From: Paracoccaceae bacterium
GTDB lineage: Bacteria; Pseudomonadota; Alphaproteobacteria; Rhodobacterales; Rhodobacteraceae
DNA length: 37,791 nt
Assembly (NCBI GenBank): GCA_047622125.1
Contig: JBLHNX010000001.1
Coordinates: 1-37,791 of the forward strand
Direction: 5' to 3'
Below, one piece after another: positions 1-8,736 of the stretch; the first letter of the stretch is position 1; every line of letters starts with the position of its first letter. Made by a program: the position numbers and the translations under genes. Under the pieces are notes generated by a model. That model did no database searches and was not told the DNA's origin. It was given only the letters and a program-made list of their open reading frames with translations.

Positions 1-323
1 CCGTCAAAGTGGCCGGGAACGGATGCAAGGGCTTCGTTTCCGACCCAATTGGCCATCTGCGCCATGCCCGTGGTGGTCATTTGCAGGCTAAGCGCGGCAA
101 GCAGATCGTTCGTTAGAACGGATTGTTCGACCTGCGAAAACGTGGCGAGCTGCACCGCATAGTCCGACGAATCGGCAGGGTTGAGCGGGTCTTGGTTTTC
201 CATCTGAACGGTTAGCATTTTTAGAAATGTCTCAAAGTCCGAACTGATAACAACCTCGGACGCGGCGGCATTCGAGGGGCTTCCTGTCAATGTCGACATG
301 GATGTTGTTTGCGAGAGTTCCAT
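1..323 (-). CDS. flgD: Flagellar hook capping protein FlgD (5' part; runs off the window edge)
   Basis: Not in the ORF track. Manual translation from ATG at 323 (AGGAG RBS at 330-334) gives MELSQTTS...SSDFETFLKMLTVQMENQDPLNPADSSDYAVQLATFSQVEQ, the FlgD N-terminal signature. Lies downstream of fliK. Confidence 0.95.
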   Translation of the reverse strand, partial: MELSQTTSMSTLTGSPSNAAASEVVISSDFETFLKMLTVQMENQDPLNPADSSDYAVQLATFSQVEQSVLTNDLLAALSLQMTTTGMAQMANWVGNEALASVPGHFD

Positions 324-339
324 TGTGGTCTCCTGTTTC

Positions 340-1869
340 TTAGAGGCGTAGATCAAGGCCCGTGGCGGACACTGTCAATTTCGCCAAATTGGCTTGATCG
401 GATGATGGGTCAGGCGAGTCGTCCGTCGCATCTTCTTTGGTTTGTTGCTGCGCGGTTCGGGATTCTGCATCGTCACCCGCAAAGGCAAAGGTGACATTGT
501 CGTAACCGAGTGCCTTGAACTCTTGCGCCAACCCATCCAGATGACGCCGCATAAGATCAGCTGTTTCAGGACGTTCGGCAGCAATTGTCAGGACGATGCC
601 ATTCTCAAGTGGGCTAAGAGCCAATCGCACACGGCCAAGCTCTTCGGGGTTTAGCCGGATTTCTGTTTGCCCATCAGATTGCTGGGTTACGGCAACGGCA
701 ATCTGATGGGACGCGGAGCGTGCCATCTGCACCGTCACGTGGGGCGCTATGCCAACCGCGCGGTCGGCACGCGGCGACGTCGCCGATTCACCGGCGAAAG
801 CATCGCGCGCCACACCCATCTCAGCCTCTGTTTCCGCCTTAATAGGGTCGATTTCCACAGCTTGATTGGCGAAACTGATTGGCATTCCCGTGGGAATACT
901 TGGCGTCTTTGCGATTGTTGGCCCTATGGGTTGGTGAGCTGTTTCTGACCGTTTGGTCGCGATTGATTCAACTGTATCAGTGGGTGCCTTAGGCGTGTTC
1001 GCAGCCCATTCAAACGGGTTCTGCGAAGTCGGGCCATTCGGAATGAGAATTGGTGTTGGATCGACGTGGGATGGTCCGGGAAAGGATACGCCAATGCGGT
1101 TTGGGGTTTGTGAAGCCAAGGAATGCGCACTTCTTGCTACGTCAGGCGCGGCCGCTTTTGCGATGCCCGCCGGTACTGCGGAAGCCATCTCAAATTCAGC
1201 GCTTTTTGCCTTATTAGGCTCTGTTTTCGACCCAGCTTCTGAATTCTCGGGACCCGAAATGATCGCGGTATCCGCATAATTGAGGCGCACATTCTTCGGT
1301 GTGGCTTCGACCGCCGGACTACCCTTCTGGTCCAGAATGGGCGCGGTTTGAATCGGTGTGTTCGCTTGGGCATTTGCCACTTGATCGCGCCATGAATGCA
1401 AAGCCGCATGGGGCGCTGAAGGCGTTGCATTGCCCGCCGAAACACGGCCACTGACCATAGTACTGTCCAAAGCCCGCGCCAGCGGCAAAAGGGCGTGATT
1501 TGACGTGGATATCGCACCTTCCGCTGAGGGGCGCTCCTCAGTCTGCGGCTTTTCAGACCCTTCCAATTCATGGCTGATCAGGTCGGGTTCGTCCGTCACC
1601 AAGCCAATGCGATCGTCAGCAGCATTGTCAGGAACGATTTCTTTCATCGGGATCGTAGCTGGCTGTGTTGATAGCTGCGCGGCCAAATCATCCATGAGCG
1701 CGGAAAAGTCCGCGAAATCTTCAACGTCCTGAACAATGCTGTCGGTATCGGCAGGCACACCTGCGCTGCCTGGTCCGCCACGCACGCTGACAGGCACGCT
1801 GACAGAAAGAGCGGCTTCGGGAAAATGAAAGGGCATCGGTTCTCCGACTTGGCCAGTGGTTTCGGACAC
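340..1869 (-). CDS. fliK: Flagellar hook-length control protein FliK
   Basis: Long Pro/Ala/Ser/Thr-rich low-complexity N-terminus plus C-terminal TEIRLNPEELGRVRL motif (FliK C domain). Sits upstream of flgD. Start codon uncertain. Confidence 0.9.
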   Translation of the reverse strand: MSETTGQVGEPMPFHFPEAALSVSVPVSVRGGPGSAGVPADTDSIVQDVEDFADFSALMDDLAAQLSTQPATIPMKEIVPDNAADDRIGLVTDEPDLISHELEGSEKPQTEERPSAEGAISTSNHALLPLARALDSTMVSGRVSAGNATPSAPHAALHSWRDQVANAQANTPIQTAPILDQKGSPAVEATPKNVRLNYADTAIISGPENSEAGSKTEPNKAKSAEFEMASAVPAGIAKAAAPDVARSAHSLASQTPNRIGVSFPGPSHVDPTPILIPNGPTSQNPFEWAANTPKAPTDTVESIATKRSETAHQPIGPTIAKTPSIPTGMPISFANQAVEIDPIKAETEAEMGVARDAFAGESATSPRADRAVGIAPHVTVQMARSASHQIAVAVTQQSDGQTEIRLNPEELGRVRLALSPLENGIVLTIAAERPETADLMRRHLDGLAQEFKALGYDNVTFAFAGDDAESRTAQQQTKEDATDDSPDPSSDQANLAKLTVSATGLDLRL

Positions 1870-1884
1870 AATCGCGCAAGAAGC

Positions 1885-1900
1885 TTACCGAATGTTTACC
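1885..1900. promoter_or_regulatory. Degenerate CtrA-like box in the divergent fliK/flgJ promoter region
   Basis: TTAC-CGAATGT-TTACC; correct 7-nt spacing, one mismatch per half relative to TTAA-N7-TTAA. Confidence 0.45.
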
Positions 1901-1947
1901 GATTCCAGTGCATGACTACGAAAGTTCTTCAATTTGGAGTCATTGTC

Positions 1948-2244
1948 ATGGTCGATCTTGCTGTTAGCACCCCGCAGCCTTTCAGTGGACACCCGCAGCC
2001 CAATCCCCCGACAGGAGAGGAGCAGCTTCGCGACGCTGCGAATGCGCTTGAGGCAAGTTTCTTGTCGGAAATGTTGAAATCCGCAGGCTTGGGCGCGTCA
2101 CGCGATGCAATGGGCGGCGGCATCGGAGAGGATCAGTTCGCGTCATTTCTGCGAGAGGAGCAAGCAAAGCAGATGGTCGCCGCAGGGGGTATCGGCCTTG
2201 CCGAATCGCTTTTTGAAGCGATGAAGGGGCGGATCAATGAATAG
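1948..2244 (+). CDS. flgJ: Rod-binding protein FlgJ (single domain, no muramidase)
   Basis: LRDAANALEASFLSEMLKSAG...GGGIGLAESLF rod-binding motif. ATG 1948 with GGAG upstream preferred over the 1825 ORF start; 98 aa. Confidence 0.85.
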   Translation: MVDLAVSTPQPFSGHPQPNPPTGEEQLRDAANALEASFLSEMLKSAGLGASRDAMGGGIGEDQFASFLREEQAKQMVAAGGIGLAESLFEAMKGRINE

Positions 2245-2578
2245 AGCCACAGATCGACTTCTCGCGCTCTTGGACGCGGAAAGAAGGGCAATTATGTCCG
2301 GCGAGTTTGGCGCGCTTTCTGGGCAGGCAAGCCAGAAAGAGGAATTGTTCGATTCAATCGCCGCAGAAATCGCGCCCGATCCACCACTGCTTCATCTCTT
2401 AGCAGCGCGGGTGAAGCGCAATCAGGAATTGCTTCAGGCTGCGATGGCAGGGGTCCGCGATGTCCAGTCGCGCATGGCAGAATTGAACGCGGCGCAATCC
2501 ACTCTCAACACTTATGACCGAGCTGGACAGCCAAGCCAGATATCGCGTCATCATGGTAAGCTCGAACATAAAGCCTAA
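2237..2578 (+). CDS. flgN: FlgN-like flagellar export chaperone
   Basis: Helical 113-aa protein with LLDAERRAI, RNQELL and C-terminal TYDRAG motifs typical of FlgN; overlaps the flgJ stop. Confidence 0.75.
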   Translation: MNRATDRLLALLDAERRAIMSGEFGALSGQASQKEELFDSIAAEIAPDPPLLHLLAARVKRNQELLQAAMAGVRDVQSRMAELNAAQSTLNTYDRAGQPSQISRHHGKLEHKA

Positions 2579-2616
2579 CGATTTTAGACAAATCCTTGGC
2601 GTGTAGTGCAGGCGCA

Positions 2617-2631
2617 TTAGGGCGCTGTTAA
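2617..2631 (+). promoter_or_regulatory. CtrA-binding box upstream of flagellin
   Basis: TTAG-GGCGCTG-TTAA, 1 mismatch to TTAA-N7-TTAA, about 157 nt upstream of the fliC ATG. Confidence 0.75.
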
Positions 2632-2788
2632 TCACAGACACCCCAAAGTCACGACGCACCAATTTGGTGGCACGGCATAGGAAAACCTGTGGCGAAAACT
2701 GTCAGAATGACTGTTCAAAATCGACCCTAGCAAAGGGCGAATTCATGAAAACCAGGCGCAAAAGCGCCGCTTCGAAAGGGACCGCAAT

Positions 2789-4273
2789 ATGTCCAGTATT
2801 TTGACAAACAACAGCGCGATGGTTGCGCTGCAAACCCTGAAATCCATCAACGGTGACCTATCCAAGACACAAGCGCTGATCTCGACCGGCAAATCCGTGG
2901 CGTCTGCCAAAGACAATGCCTCGGTTTGGGCCATTTCCAAGGTCATGGAATCAGACGTTAAGGGCTTTAAGGGGATTTCCGACAGCCTAAGCCTTGGGGA
3001 ATCCACGGTTGCTGTCGCCCGTCAGGCATCGGAAACCGTGACTGACTTGTTGACTGAAATCAAAGGCAAGGTCGTTGCCGCTCAAGAAGAAAACGTCGAC
3101 CGAAGCAAGATCCAGACTGACATTGACGCCCTGACTGACCAGATCAAATCGGTCGTTGGCGCGGCACAATTCAACGGCCTGAACCTTGTGAAGGGCACTG
3201 ACGACATGAATATACTGTCGTCTTTGGATCGCTCCAGTAACGGCAGCGTTACGGCGAACAACATCACTGTTGGGCGTCAAGATTTGTCGACTGACGCGGG
3301 GACATTTGGCACGGGTACAAGCCTGAACGCCAATGCAACAGCAAGTGCTGCTAATGCAACTTCAACCGGCAACACGGCTGATGTGACAATCGCGACTGAT
3401 GCCGACATGTCTGACAACGCAGTCAGCATTACCGTCGCGGGCACGACGCTATCCTTCGCATCTGGCGAGCTGTCAGGCGATCAGGATGCTGCTGCGACCC
3501 AGATTACCGGCGCGCTGAATGCGCTTGGTCTTGAAGGGATTACCGCGGCTGTAAACGGCTCCAATGCCAACCAGATCGACATCACTTCGACCCGGGCATT
3601 TGAAGATGTCGGTTTGACAGCAACTGGTTCAACAGCCAGCGCCGCGACAATTGGACAACGTGGTGAAAGCGTTGCGTTGTCAACTTCGGCAGCGGTCAAC
3701 GAAGGTGACGGCTACAAGGTAACCGTTGGCGGTGCATCGTATAACTATGTCGCCGGCAAGGGCGAGAGCATGGAAGACGTCGCCAAGGGCTTGAAGACTG
3801 CGATCGATTCGGCGGGGATCACTGGCGTGACGAGCGCTGTTTCGCAAGACGACACGACGGGCCAATGGAGCCTTAAGGTGGACAATGACGGGACCGGGTC
3901 CGCCAGCCTTGCATTTTCTGCCGTAGGTAATGCCGGTGGTGAAGCATCTGGCGGTCTGTTCGGGTTGGACGCCATCAACGTTGAGACGAACGCTGGCGCG
4001 GATTCCGCGCTAACCAACATCGAAACGATGATTTCCAACTCGATTGATGCGGCCGCCTCTTTCGGTTCGGCACAGGGCCGGATCGAGAACCAGAGCGACT
4101 TTATCGGCAAGCTGACGGACTCGCTTAAGTCCGGCATCGGGTCGATGGTCGACGCCGACATGGAAGAAGCTTCGGCCCGCTTGCAGGCGCTGCAAGTCCA
4201 GCAGCAGTTGGGCGTGCAATCCCTGTCGATTGCGAACCAGTCGCCTCAGTCGATCTTGTCACTGTTCCGTTAA
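2789..4273 (+). CDS. fliC: Flagellin (494 aa, enlarged central domain)
   Basis: N-terminal MSSILTNNSAMVALQTL...ISTGKSV and QFNGLNL; C-terminal VDADMEEASARLQALQVQQQLG...SILSLFR. Confidence 0.98.
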   Translation: MSSILTNNSAMVALQTLKSINGDLSKTQALISTGKSVASAKDNASVWAISKVMESDVKGFKGISDSLSLGESTVAVARQASETVTDLLTEIKGKVVAAQEENVDRSKIQTDIDALTDQIKSVVGAAQFNGLNLVKGTDDMNILSSLDRSSNGSVTANNITVGRQDLSTDAGTFGTGTSLNANATASAANATSTGNTADVTIATDADMSDNAVSITVAGTTLSFASGELSGDQDAAATQITGALNALGLEGITAAVNGSNANQIDITSTRAFEDVGLTATGSTASAATIGQRGESVALSTSAAVNEGDGYKVTVGGASYNYVAGKGESMEDVAKGLKTAIDSAGITGVTSAVSQDDTTGQWSLKVDNDGTGSASLAFSAVGNAGGEASGGLFGLDAINVETNAGADSALTNIETMISNSIDAAASFGSAQGRIENQSDFIGKLTDSLKSGIGSMVDADMEEASARLQALQVQQQLGVQSLSIANQSPQSILSLFR

Positions 4274-4281
4274 GATAGGTT

Positions 4282-4306
4282 GGGGGCGTCTAAATCGGGC
4301 GCCCCC
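4282..4306 (+). terminator. GC-rich stem-loop after fliC (terminator-like or mRNA-stabilising; no U-tract)
   Basis: GGGGGCGTC (4282-4290) pairs with GGCGCCCCC (4298-4306), including one G-U pair; starts 9 nt after the fliC stop. Confidence 0.6.
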
Positions 4307-4362
4307 GCAATCGCCCGCGGCAAAGCCGCGTCTTGGCCCCATTCGTCCCGAAAGGACACGAC

Positions 4363-4737
4363 GTGAACGTCATCGAACAAGCCCGCCAGGCCTATGCGCC
4401 GGCAAAATCACCATTGCGAACAGGCCGCTCGGCCGAACTACAGCTTTTCAGCGAAACCACTGCACGCCTGCGAACCGCTGCAACAACCCCTCTCTCAAAC
4501 TTCGGCGCGTTAGCCAAAGCCTTGCACGACAATCGCACCCTTTGGACGCATCTTGCCGCCGAAGTCGCGGATCATGAAAACGGGTTGCCACAAGACCTGC
4601 GCGCACGCCTATTCTATCTGGCAGAGTTCACGTCCTATCACTCGCGCAAGGTGCTGCGCGGCGAAGCGGACGTAACTCCGTTGATAGAAGTCAACACCGC
4701 CGTCATGCGCGGCCTTAACGGTAAAGGGGGTCTGTGA
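4363..4737 (+). CDS. flaF: Flagellar biosynthesis regulator FlaF
   Basis: ALHDNRTLWT...NGLPQDLRARLFYLAEF...LIEVNTAVMRGL signature; GTG 4363 with AAGGA RBS. Confidence 0.95.
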   Translation: MNVIEQARQAYAPAKSPLRTGRSAELQLFSETTARLRTAATTPLSNFGALAKALHDNRTLWTHLAAEVADHENGLPQDLRARLFYLAEFTSYHSRKVLRGEADVTPLIEVNTAVMRGLNGKGGL

Positions 4738-5147
4738 TGACTGGACTTGTCCTCAAACTTGGCCCCAAGGAGCGCGTGCTTGTAAACGGTGCTGTCATTG
4801 AGAATGGCGACCGCCGGTCACGCCTATCGATCATGACGCCGAACGCCAACATCCTGCGTTTGCGCGATGCCATTCGCCCGGACGAAGTGAACACGCCAGT
4901 CCGGCGGGTCTGCTATATTGCGCAACTTGTGTTGTCGGGTGACGTAAGCCCCGACGACGCGAGCCATCAGATCTTGCGCGGGATCGAGCAGCTTAGTCAG
5001 GCGCTCACGGATCACGATAGCCGCAGTATTCTTGACGATGCGACGCAATCGGTTGGTGAGGGAGAGTTCTATCGCACACTCAAGCGCTTGCGCATGCTCT
5101 TGCCACGTGAAGAACGCTTGCTCGCCGAAGCGCGGCGCCCGTCATGA
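4737..5147 (+). CDS. flbT: Flagellin translational regulator FlbT
   Basis: LVLKLGPKERVLVNGAVIENGDRR...TPVRRVCYIAQL; TGATG overlap with flaF. Confidence 0.95.
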   Translation: MTGLVLKLGPKERVLVNGAVIENGDRRSRLSIMTPNANILRLRDAIRPDEVNTPVRRVCYIAQLVLSGDVSPDDASHQILRGIEQLSQALTDHDSRSILDDATQSVGEGEFYRTLKRLRMLLPREERLLAEARRPS

Positions 5148-5944
5148 GTTTTCAGCCGGTCCTACCGATGTCTGGTTATACCGGCTGGCGATTCTTGCAA
5201 CGCACGCTTGATACGCAACAGGCGGCGTTTTCCGACAGCGCCCCAGTTGCCCGTGCAACGGATCAGTTTCGCGAAAAAATCGGCGAGGTCCGCACCGCAG
5301 CAGACCTTATGGCGAATCGGGATATGCTCCAGGTTGCGCTGGGTGCCTTTGGGTTGGATGAGGACATCAACAACAAATTCTTCATTCAGAAGGTCCTTGA
5401 AGAAGGCACGCTGAATGAGGACGCCCTTGCCAACAAGCTTTCCGATTCCCGATACAGCGACCTTGCAAAGGCTTTTGGTTTTGGGGACTTTGACACCCCC
5501 CGCACGGTCCTCAGCACCTTTGCGGACGAGATCATTGATCGCTACGAGGCTCGCCAATTTGAACGCGCGGTTGGCGATCAAGACAACACAATGCGACTGG
5601 CGCTCAATGCCGGCCCTGCGCTTACGGATATTACTGCAAGCGGCAGTAATAACGCGCAGTGGTTTGGGATGATGGGTAATGCGGCCCTGCGTTCTGTGTT
5701 CGAAGTTGCGCTGGGGTTTTCAAGCAGCTTTGGCGCGATCGACCTCGATCAGCAACTGACCGAATTCAAGGCGCGGGCAAAGGCAACGTTTGGCACCGAT
5801 CAAATGTCAGAGATTGCCGGCGAAGACGCGCAAGAAAAACTAATTCGCCTCTACATGCTGCGCTCTGAAATCTCGGCAGCGGGCGGTTTTTCATCAGGTT
5901 CTGTAGCGCTTAGCCTTCTTCAATCGGTTGGATCGCTCTACTAG
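5144..5944 (+). CDS. DUF1217-family flagellar protein
   Basis: LQVALGAFGL...FERAVGDQDNTMRLAL...DLDQQ pattern; usual position after flbT; ATGA overlap. Confidence 0.8.
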   Translation: MSFQPVLPMSGYTGWRFLQRTLDTQQAAFSDSAPVARATDQFREKIGEVRTAADLMANRDMLQVALGAFGLDEDINNKFFIQKVLEEGTLNEDALANKLSDSRYSDLAKAFGFGDFDTPRTVLSTFADEIIDRYEARQFERAVGDQDNTMRLALNAGPALTDITASGSNNAQWFGMMGNAALRSVFEVALGFSSSFGAIDLDQQLTEFKARAKATFGTDQMSEIAGEDAQEKLIRLYMLRSEISAAGGFSSGSVALSLLQSVGSLY

Positions 5945-5953
5945 CGGCGCGCT

Positions 5954-7294
5954 TTACTGTTTCGGCAATTCAGGGTCGTCCCTAACAGCAGGAAGGGCTT
6001 GGCGTAGGGCCGCAAAACTTGCTGTCGGATTTGGGTGGCGCAGGGTTAGAAACCGATCCAGAGCCGGGTAGCAAGATATGGCGGCATCAGTCGCGAGGTC
6101 GCTTCCATCGACATAAAGCCCCGCCTGAATCATCAATTCTGATCGATCATATTTTCCAAGGTGGGCGCGCGCGCTTTGGATCAAGAGGTTTTCGCCCACG
6201 TTGGCGACCCCAGGCAAACTGCGCGAAACGGATCGAAGTAAATCAACAGCCGGAAAACGCCCACGCTCGGCAATGCTGCGATCCAGTACCACATGGCCGT
6301 CAAGAACACCGCGCAGCATATCGGCAACCGGTTCTTCCATATCCGAACCAGCCACGAGGACGCTATAGATCGCCGTAATATCGCCACAGGTTCCTGCCCC
6401 GGGACCGGCGCGTTCGCAAAGTGCTGCAATCGTCGGACCTGTTGATGCCGGATAGCCGCGCAGTGTTGCCGGTTCACCGCCCGCCACAGCAAGTTCGCGG
6501 TGTGCTTGGGCAAAGCGTGTCACGCTATCGACAAGCAGCAAGACCTGTTGACCTGCGTCACGAAAATGTTCCGCCACAGCCGTCGCCGCTAATGCGCAAC
6601 GCTTGCGTATCTGTGGCGCACGATCCGATGTTGCTGCAATTACGACCGACCGTCGCATCCCGTCGTCGCCCAAGACATCCTCGACGAATTCGCGCAGTTC
6701 GCGCCCACGCTCACCGACCAGTGCAATGACGATGACATCGGCCGTGACTCCGCGCGCGAGGTCGGCAAGAAGCGTGGATTTCCCCACACCTGATCCGGCG
6801 AATAGGCCAATACGCTGCCCACGCGCGAGCGGTAACAGGGTGTTAAAGACCGCAAGACCTGTGGCAAGCCGTTCGCCCATCGCGCGCCGCGTATGCGGCG
6901 GCGGCGGGTCGGCACGCACACGCCGTTGGCGCAAACCGGGCAAAAGTGGCCGCCCGTCAAGCGGCAGTCCGTCGGGATCAATTACCCGTCCGATCCAACT
7001 GGCATCGGGGGCAAAACCGCGCCGCCGTTCAAGACAAACCTTATCATTCACCGCGACACCATCCGCACTCCCCTCTGGCAACACATAGACGCTCGCCTGA
7101 TCCAGCTTGACGATTTCGGCGCGCAGTCCTGCCGCATGTCCCAAGAACGTCACGCGATCACCCAGCGCGGCTTGCGCGCCGAGCCCTTTCACCTGAACAC
7201 GCTCACCCGTCACGCCGATCACACGGCCGAGGGGGCGCGCCACCTGCAAATGCGCCAATGACGCGCTGATACGTTCAAGAATTGGATCTGACAT
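5954..7294 (-). CDS. fliI: Flagellar export ATPase FliI
   Basis: GQRIGLFAGSGVGKS (Walker A), LVGERGRE, LLLVDSVTRFAQA, LDGHVVLDR. ATG 7294 with GGAG RBS. Confidence 0.96.
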   Translation of the reverse strand: MSDPILERISASLAHLQVARPLGRVIGVTGERVQVKGLGAQAALGDRVTFLGHAAGLRAEIVKLDQASVYVLPEGSADGVAVNDKVCLERRRGFAPDASWIGRVIDPDGLPLDGRPLLPGLRQRRVRADPPPPHTRRAMGERLATGLAVFNTLLPLARGQRIGLFAGSGVGKSTLLADLARGVTADVIVIALVGERGRELREFVEDVLGDDGMRRSVVIAATSDRAPQIRKRCALAATAVAEHFRDAGQQVLLLVDSVTRFAQAHRELAVAGGEPATLRGYPASTGPTIAALCERAGPGAGTCGDITAIYSVLVAGSDMEEPVADMLRGVLDGHVVLDRSIAERGRFPAVDLLRSVSRSLPGVANVGENLLIQSARAHLGKYDRSELMIQAGLYVDGSDLATDAAISCYPALDRFLTLRHPNPTASFAALRQALPAVRDDPELPKQ

Positions 7295-7340
7295 TTTCTC
7301 TCCGGGCTTCGGGCAACAACCTCTTCTTAAGGAATCAGGG

Positions 7341-7355
7341 TTAAGCCTTAGTTGA
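7341..7355. promoter_or_regulatory. CtrA-binding box in the divergent fliI/flgB promoter region
   Basis: TTAA-GCCTTAG-TTGA (1 mismatch), preceded by GG (TTAACC on the minus strand); an extra TTAA at 7327-7330. Confidence 0.7.
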
Positions 7356-7378
7356 AGCCTATCGAGGGAGAAGCCCCG

Positions 7379-7765
7379 ATGTTCCAATCACTGGACGTTT
7401 TCCAAACTGCCTATGACATGGCCCGCCACGCGGGGCAGCGTCAGGCTGTGACCGCGCGTAATATAGCGAACGCCGACACACCCGGCTTTCGCGCTCAAGT
7501 CATCGACAGTTTTGCCGATACTTACCGCGGCAGTGAGCCCGCCGCGCTGCGAAGCACGCGCGCCGGACACATCGGTGGTACACAGGCCGGCGTTGCCACA
7601 GCACGTGTCCGAATGGCTGACACCGAACCATCGCCCAACGGCAACTCTGTTTCCCTTGAAGAAGAAATGCTGCGCGGAGTCGAAATCCAGCGCGAGCACA
7701 ACCGCGCACTTGCCATCTATAAGCACGGACTTGACGTGCTGCGGATGAGCATCGGACGCAGGTAA
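7379..7765 (+). CDS. flgB: Flagellar proximal rod protein FlgB
   Basis: ARNIANADTPGFRA and PNGNSVSLEEEM motifs; ATG 7379 with GGAG RBS. Confidence 0.95.
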   Translation: MFQSLDVFQTAYDMARHAGQRQAVTARNIANADTPGFRAQVIDSFADTYRGSEPAALRSTRAGHIGGTQAGVATARVRMADTEPSPNGNSVSLEEEMLRGVEIQREHNRALAIYKHGLDVLRMSIGRR

Positions 7766-7774
7766 GGCATCGCC

Positions 7775-8167
7775 ATGACAGATTTCTCCAACGCCCTAGA
7801 TGTTGCTGCCAGCGGAATGCGCGCCCAAGCGAGCCGAATTCGCCATGTGTCCGAAAACATCGCCAACACCGACACGCCTGGATACCACCGCAAGACAGTC
7901 ACGTTCGAGGAAGTCGTTGCGCGCGGCGATCATAATGGAGCCGTCGAAACAGGCCGCGTGCGTTTGGATCGCACCGAACTTGATCGCGTCTATGATCCGG
8001 CGCATCCGCTTGCCGATGCAAGCGGGCACTATGACGGGTCCAACGTGAACCTGCTGGTTGAAATCGCGGACGCCCGCGAGGCCCAGCGCAGCTACGAAGC
8101 AAACCTCAAGATGTTCGATCAGGTGCGGCAAATGTCGTCGTCCCTGATGGACCTTTTGCGCCGTTAA
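7775..8167 (+). CDS. flgC: Flagellar proximal rod protein FlgC
   Basis: ASGMRAQ...SENIANTDTPGY, YDPAHPLAD, SNVN...AQRSYEANL. Confidence 0.97.
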   Translation: MTDFSNALDVAASGMRAQASRIRHVSENIANTDTPGYHRKTVTFEEVVARGDHNGAVETGRVRLDRTELDRVYDPAHPLADASGHYDGSNVNLLVEIADAREAQRSYEANLKMFDQVRQMSSSLMDLLRR

Positions 8168-8179
8168 GGAGGCGGACCC

Positions 8180-8467
8180 ATGGATATCAGATCAACCCTT
8201 GTTGCCCAGCAATACGCCGCAAACAAAACCGCAACCTCGCCCCAACCCGGTGCCGACGGCGGAACCGCATTTGGCAAGGCCGCCGAGGGTTTCGCCGCGA
8301 CCCTGCAGCAGGGCGAGCAGACAGCCATGGCCGCAATGTCAGGCGGCGCCGACCCGCATGCATTGGTTCAAGCGCTTGCCCAAACCGAACTGGCCGTCGA
8401 GACCGCGGTGACAATTCGAGACAAAGTCGTCGAAGCCTACCAGGAAATCCTGCGGATGCCCGTCTGA
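8180..8467 (+). CDS. fliE: Hook-basal body protein FliE
   Basis: C-terminal IRDKVVEAYQEILRMPV. Confidence 0.97.
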   Translation: MDIRSTLVAQQYAANKTATSPQPGADGGTAFGKAAEGFAATLQQGEQTAMAAMSGGADPHALVQALAQTELAVETAVTIRDKVVEAYQEILRMPV

Positions 8468-8733
8468 TGGATGAAACGCTGTTCTATGACACCCTGCGCC
8501 AAGGCCTGTGGATTGCTGTTTTGGTCTCGCTGCCGATTCTGACGGTCGCGCTGATCGCAGGTTTGGTGGTCGGGCTTTTCCAAGCTTTGACATCCATTCA
8601 AGAAATGACGCTGACCTTTGTCCCGAAATTGGCTGCGATTGTCGCCGTGTTCTGGATGACGATGGGCTTCATGACGGAAACGCTGGTGTCCTATTTCCAG
8701 ACCACCCTCGTCCCGATTATCGCGGGGAGTTAG
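8467..8733 (+). CDS. fliQ: Export apparatus protein FliQ
   Basis: GLFQALTSIQEMTLTFVPKL. Confidence 0.97.
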   Translation: MDETLFYDTLRQGLWIAVLVSLPILTVALIAGLVVGLFQALTSIQEMTLTFVPKLAAIVAVFWMTMGFMTETLVSYFQTTLVPIIAGS

Positions 8734-8736
8734 GCA

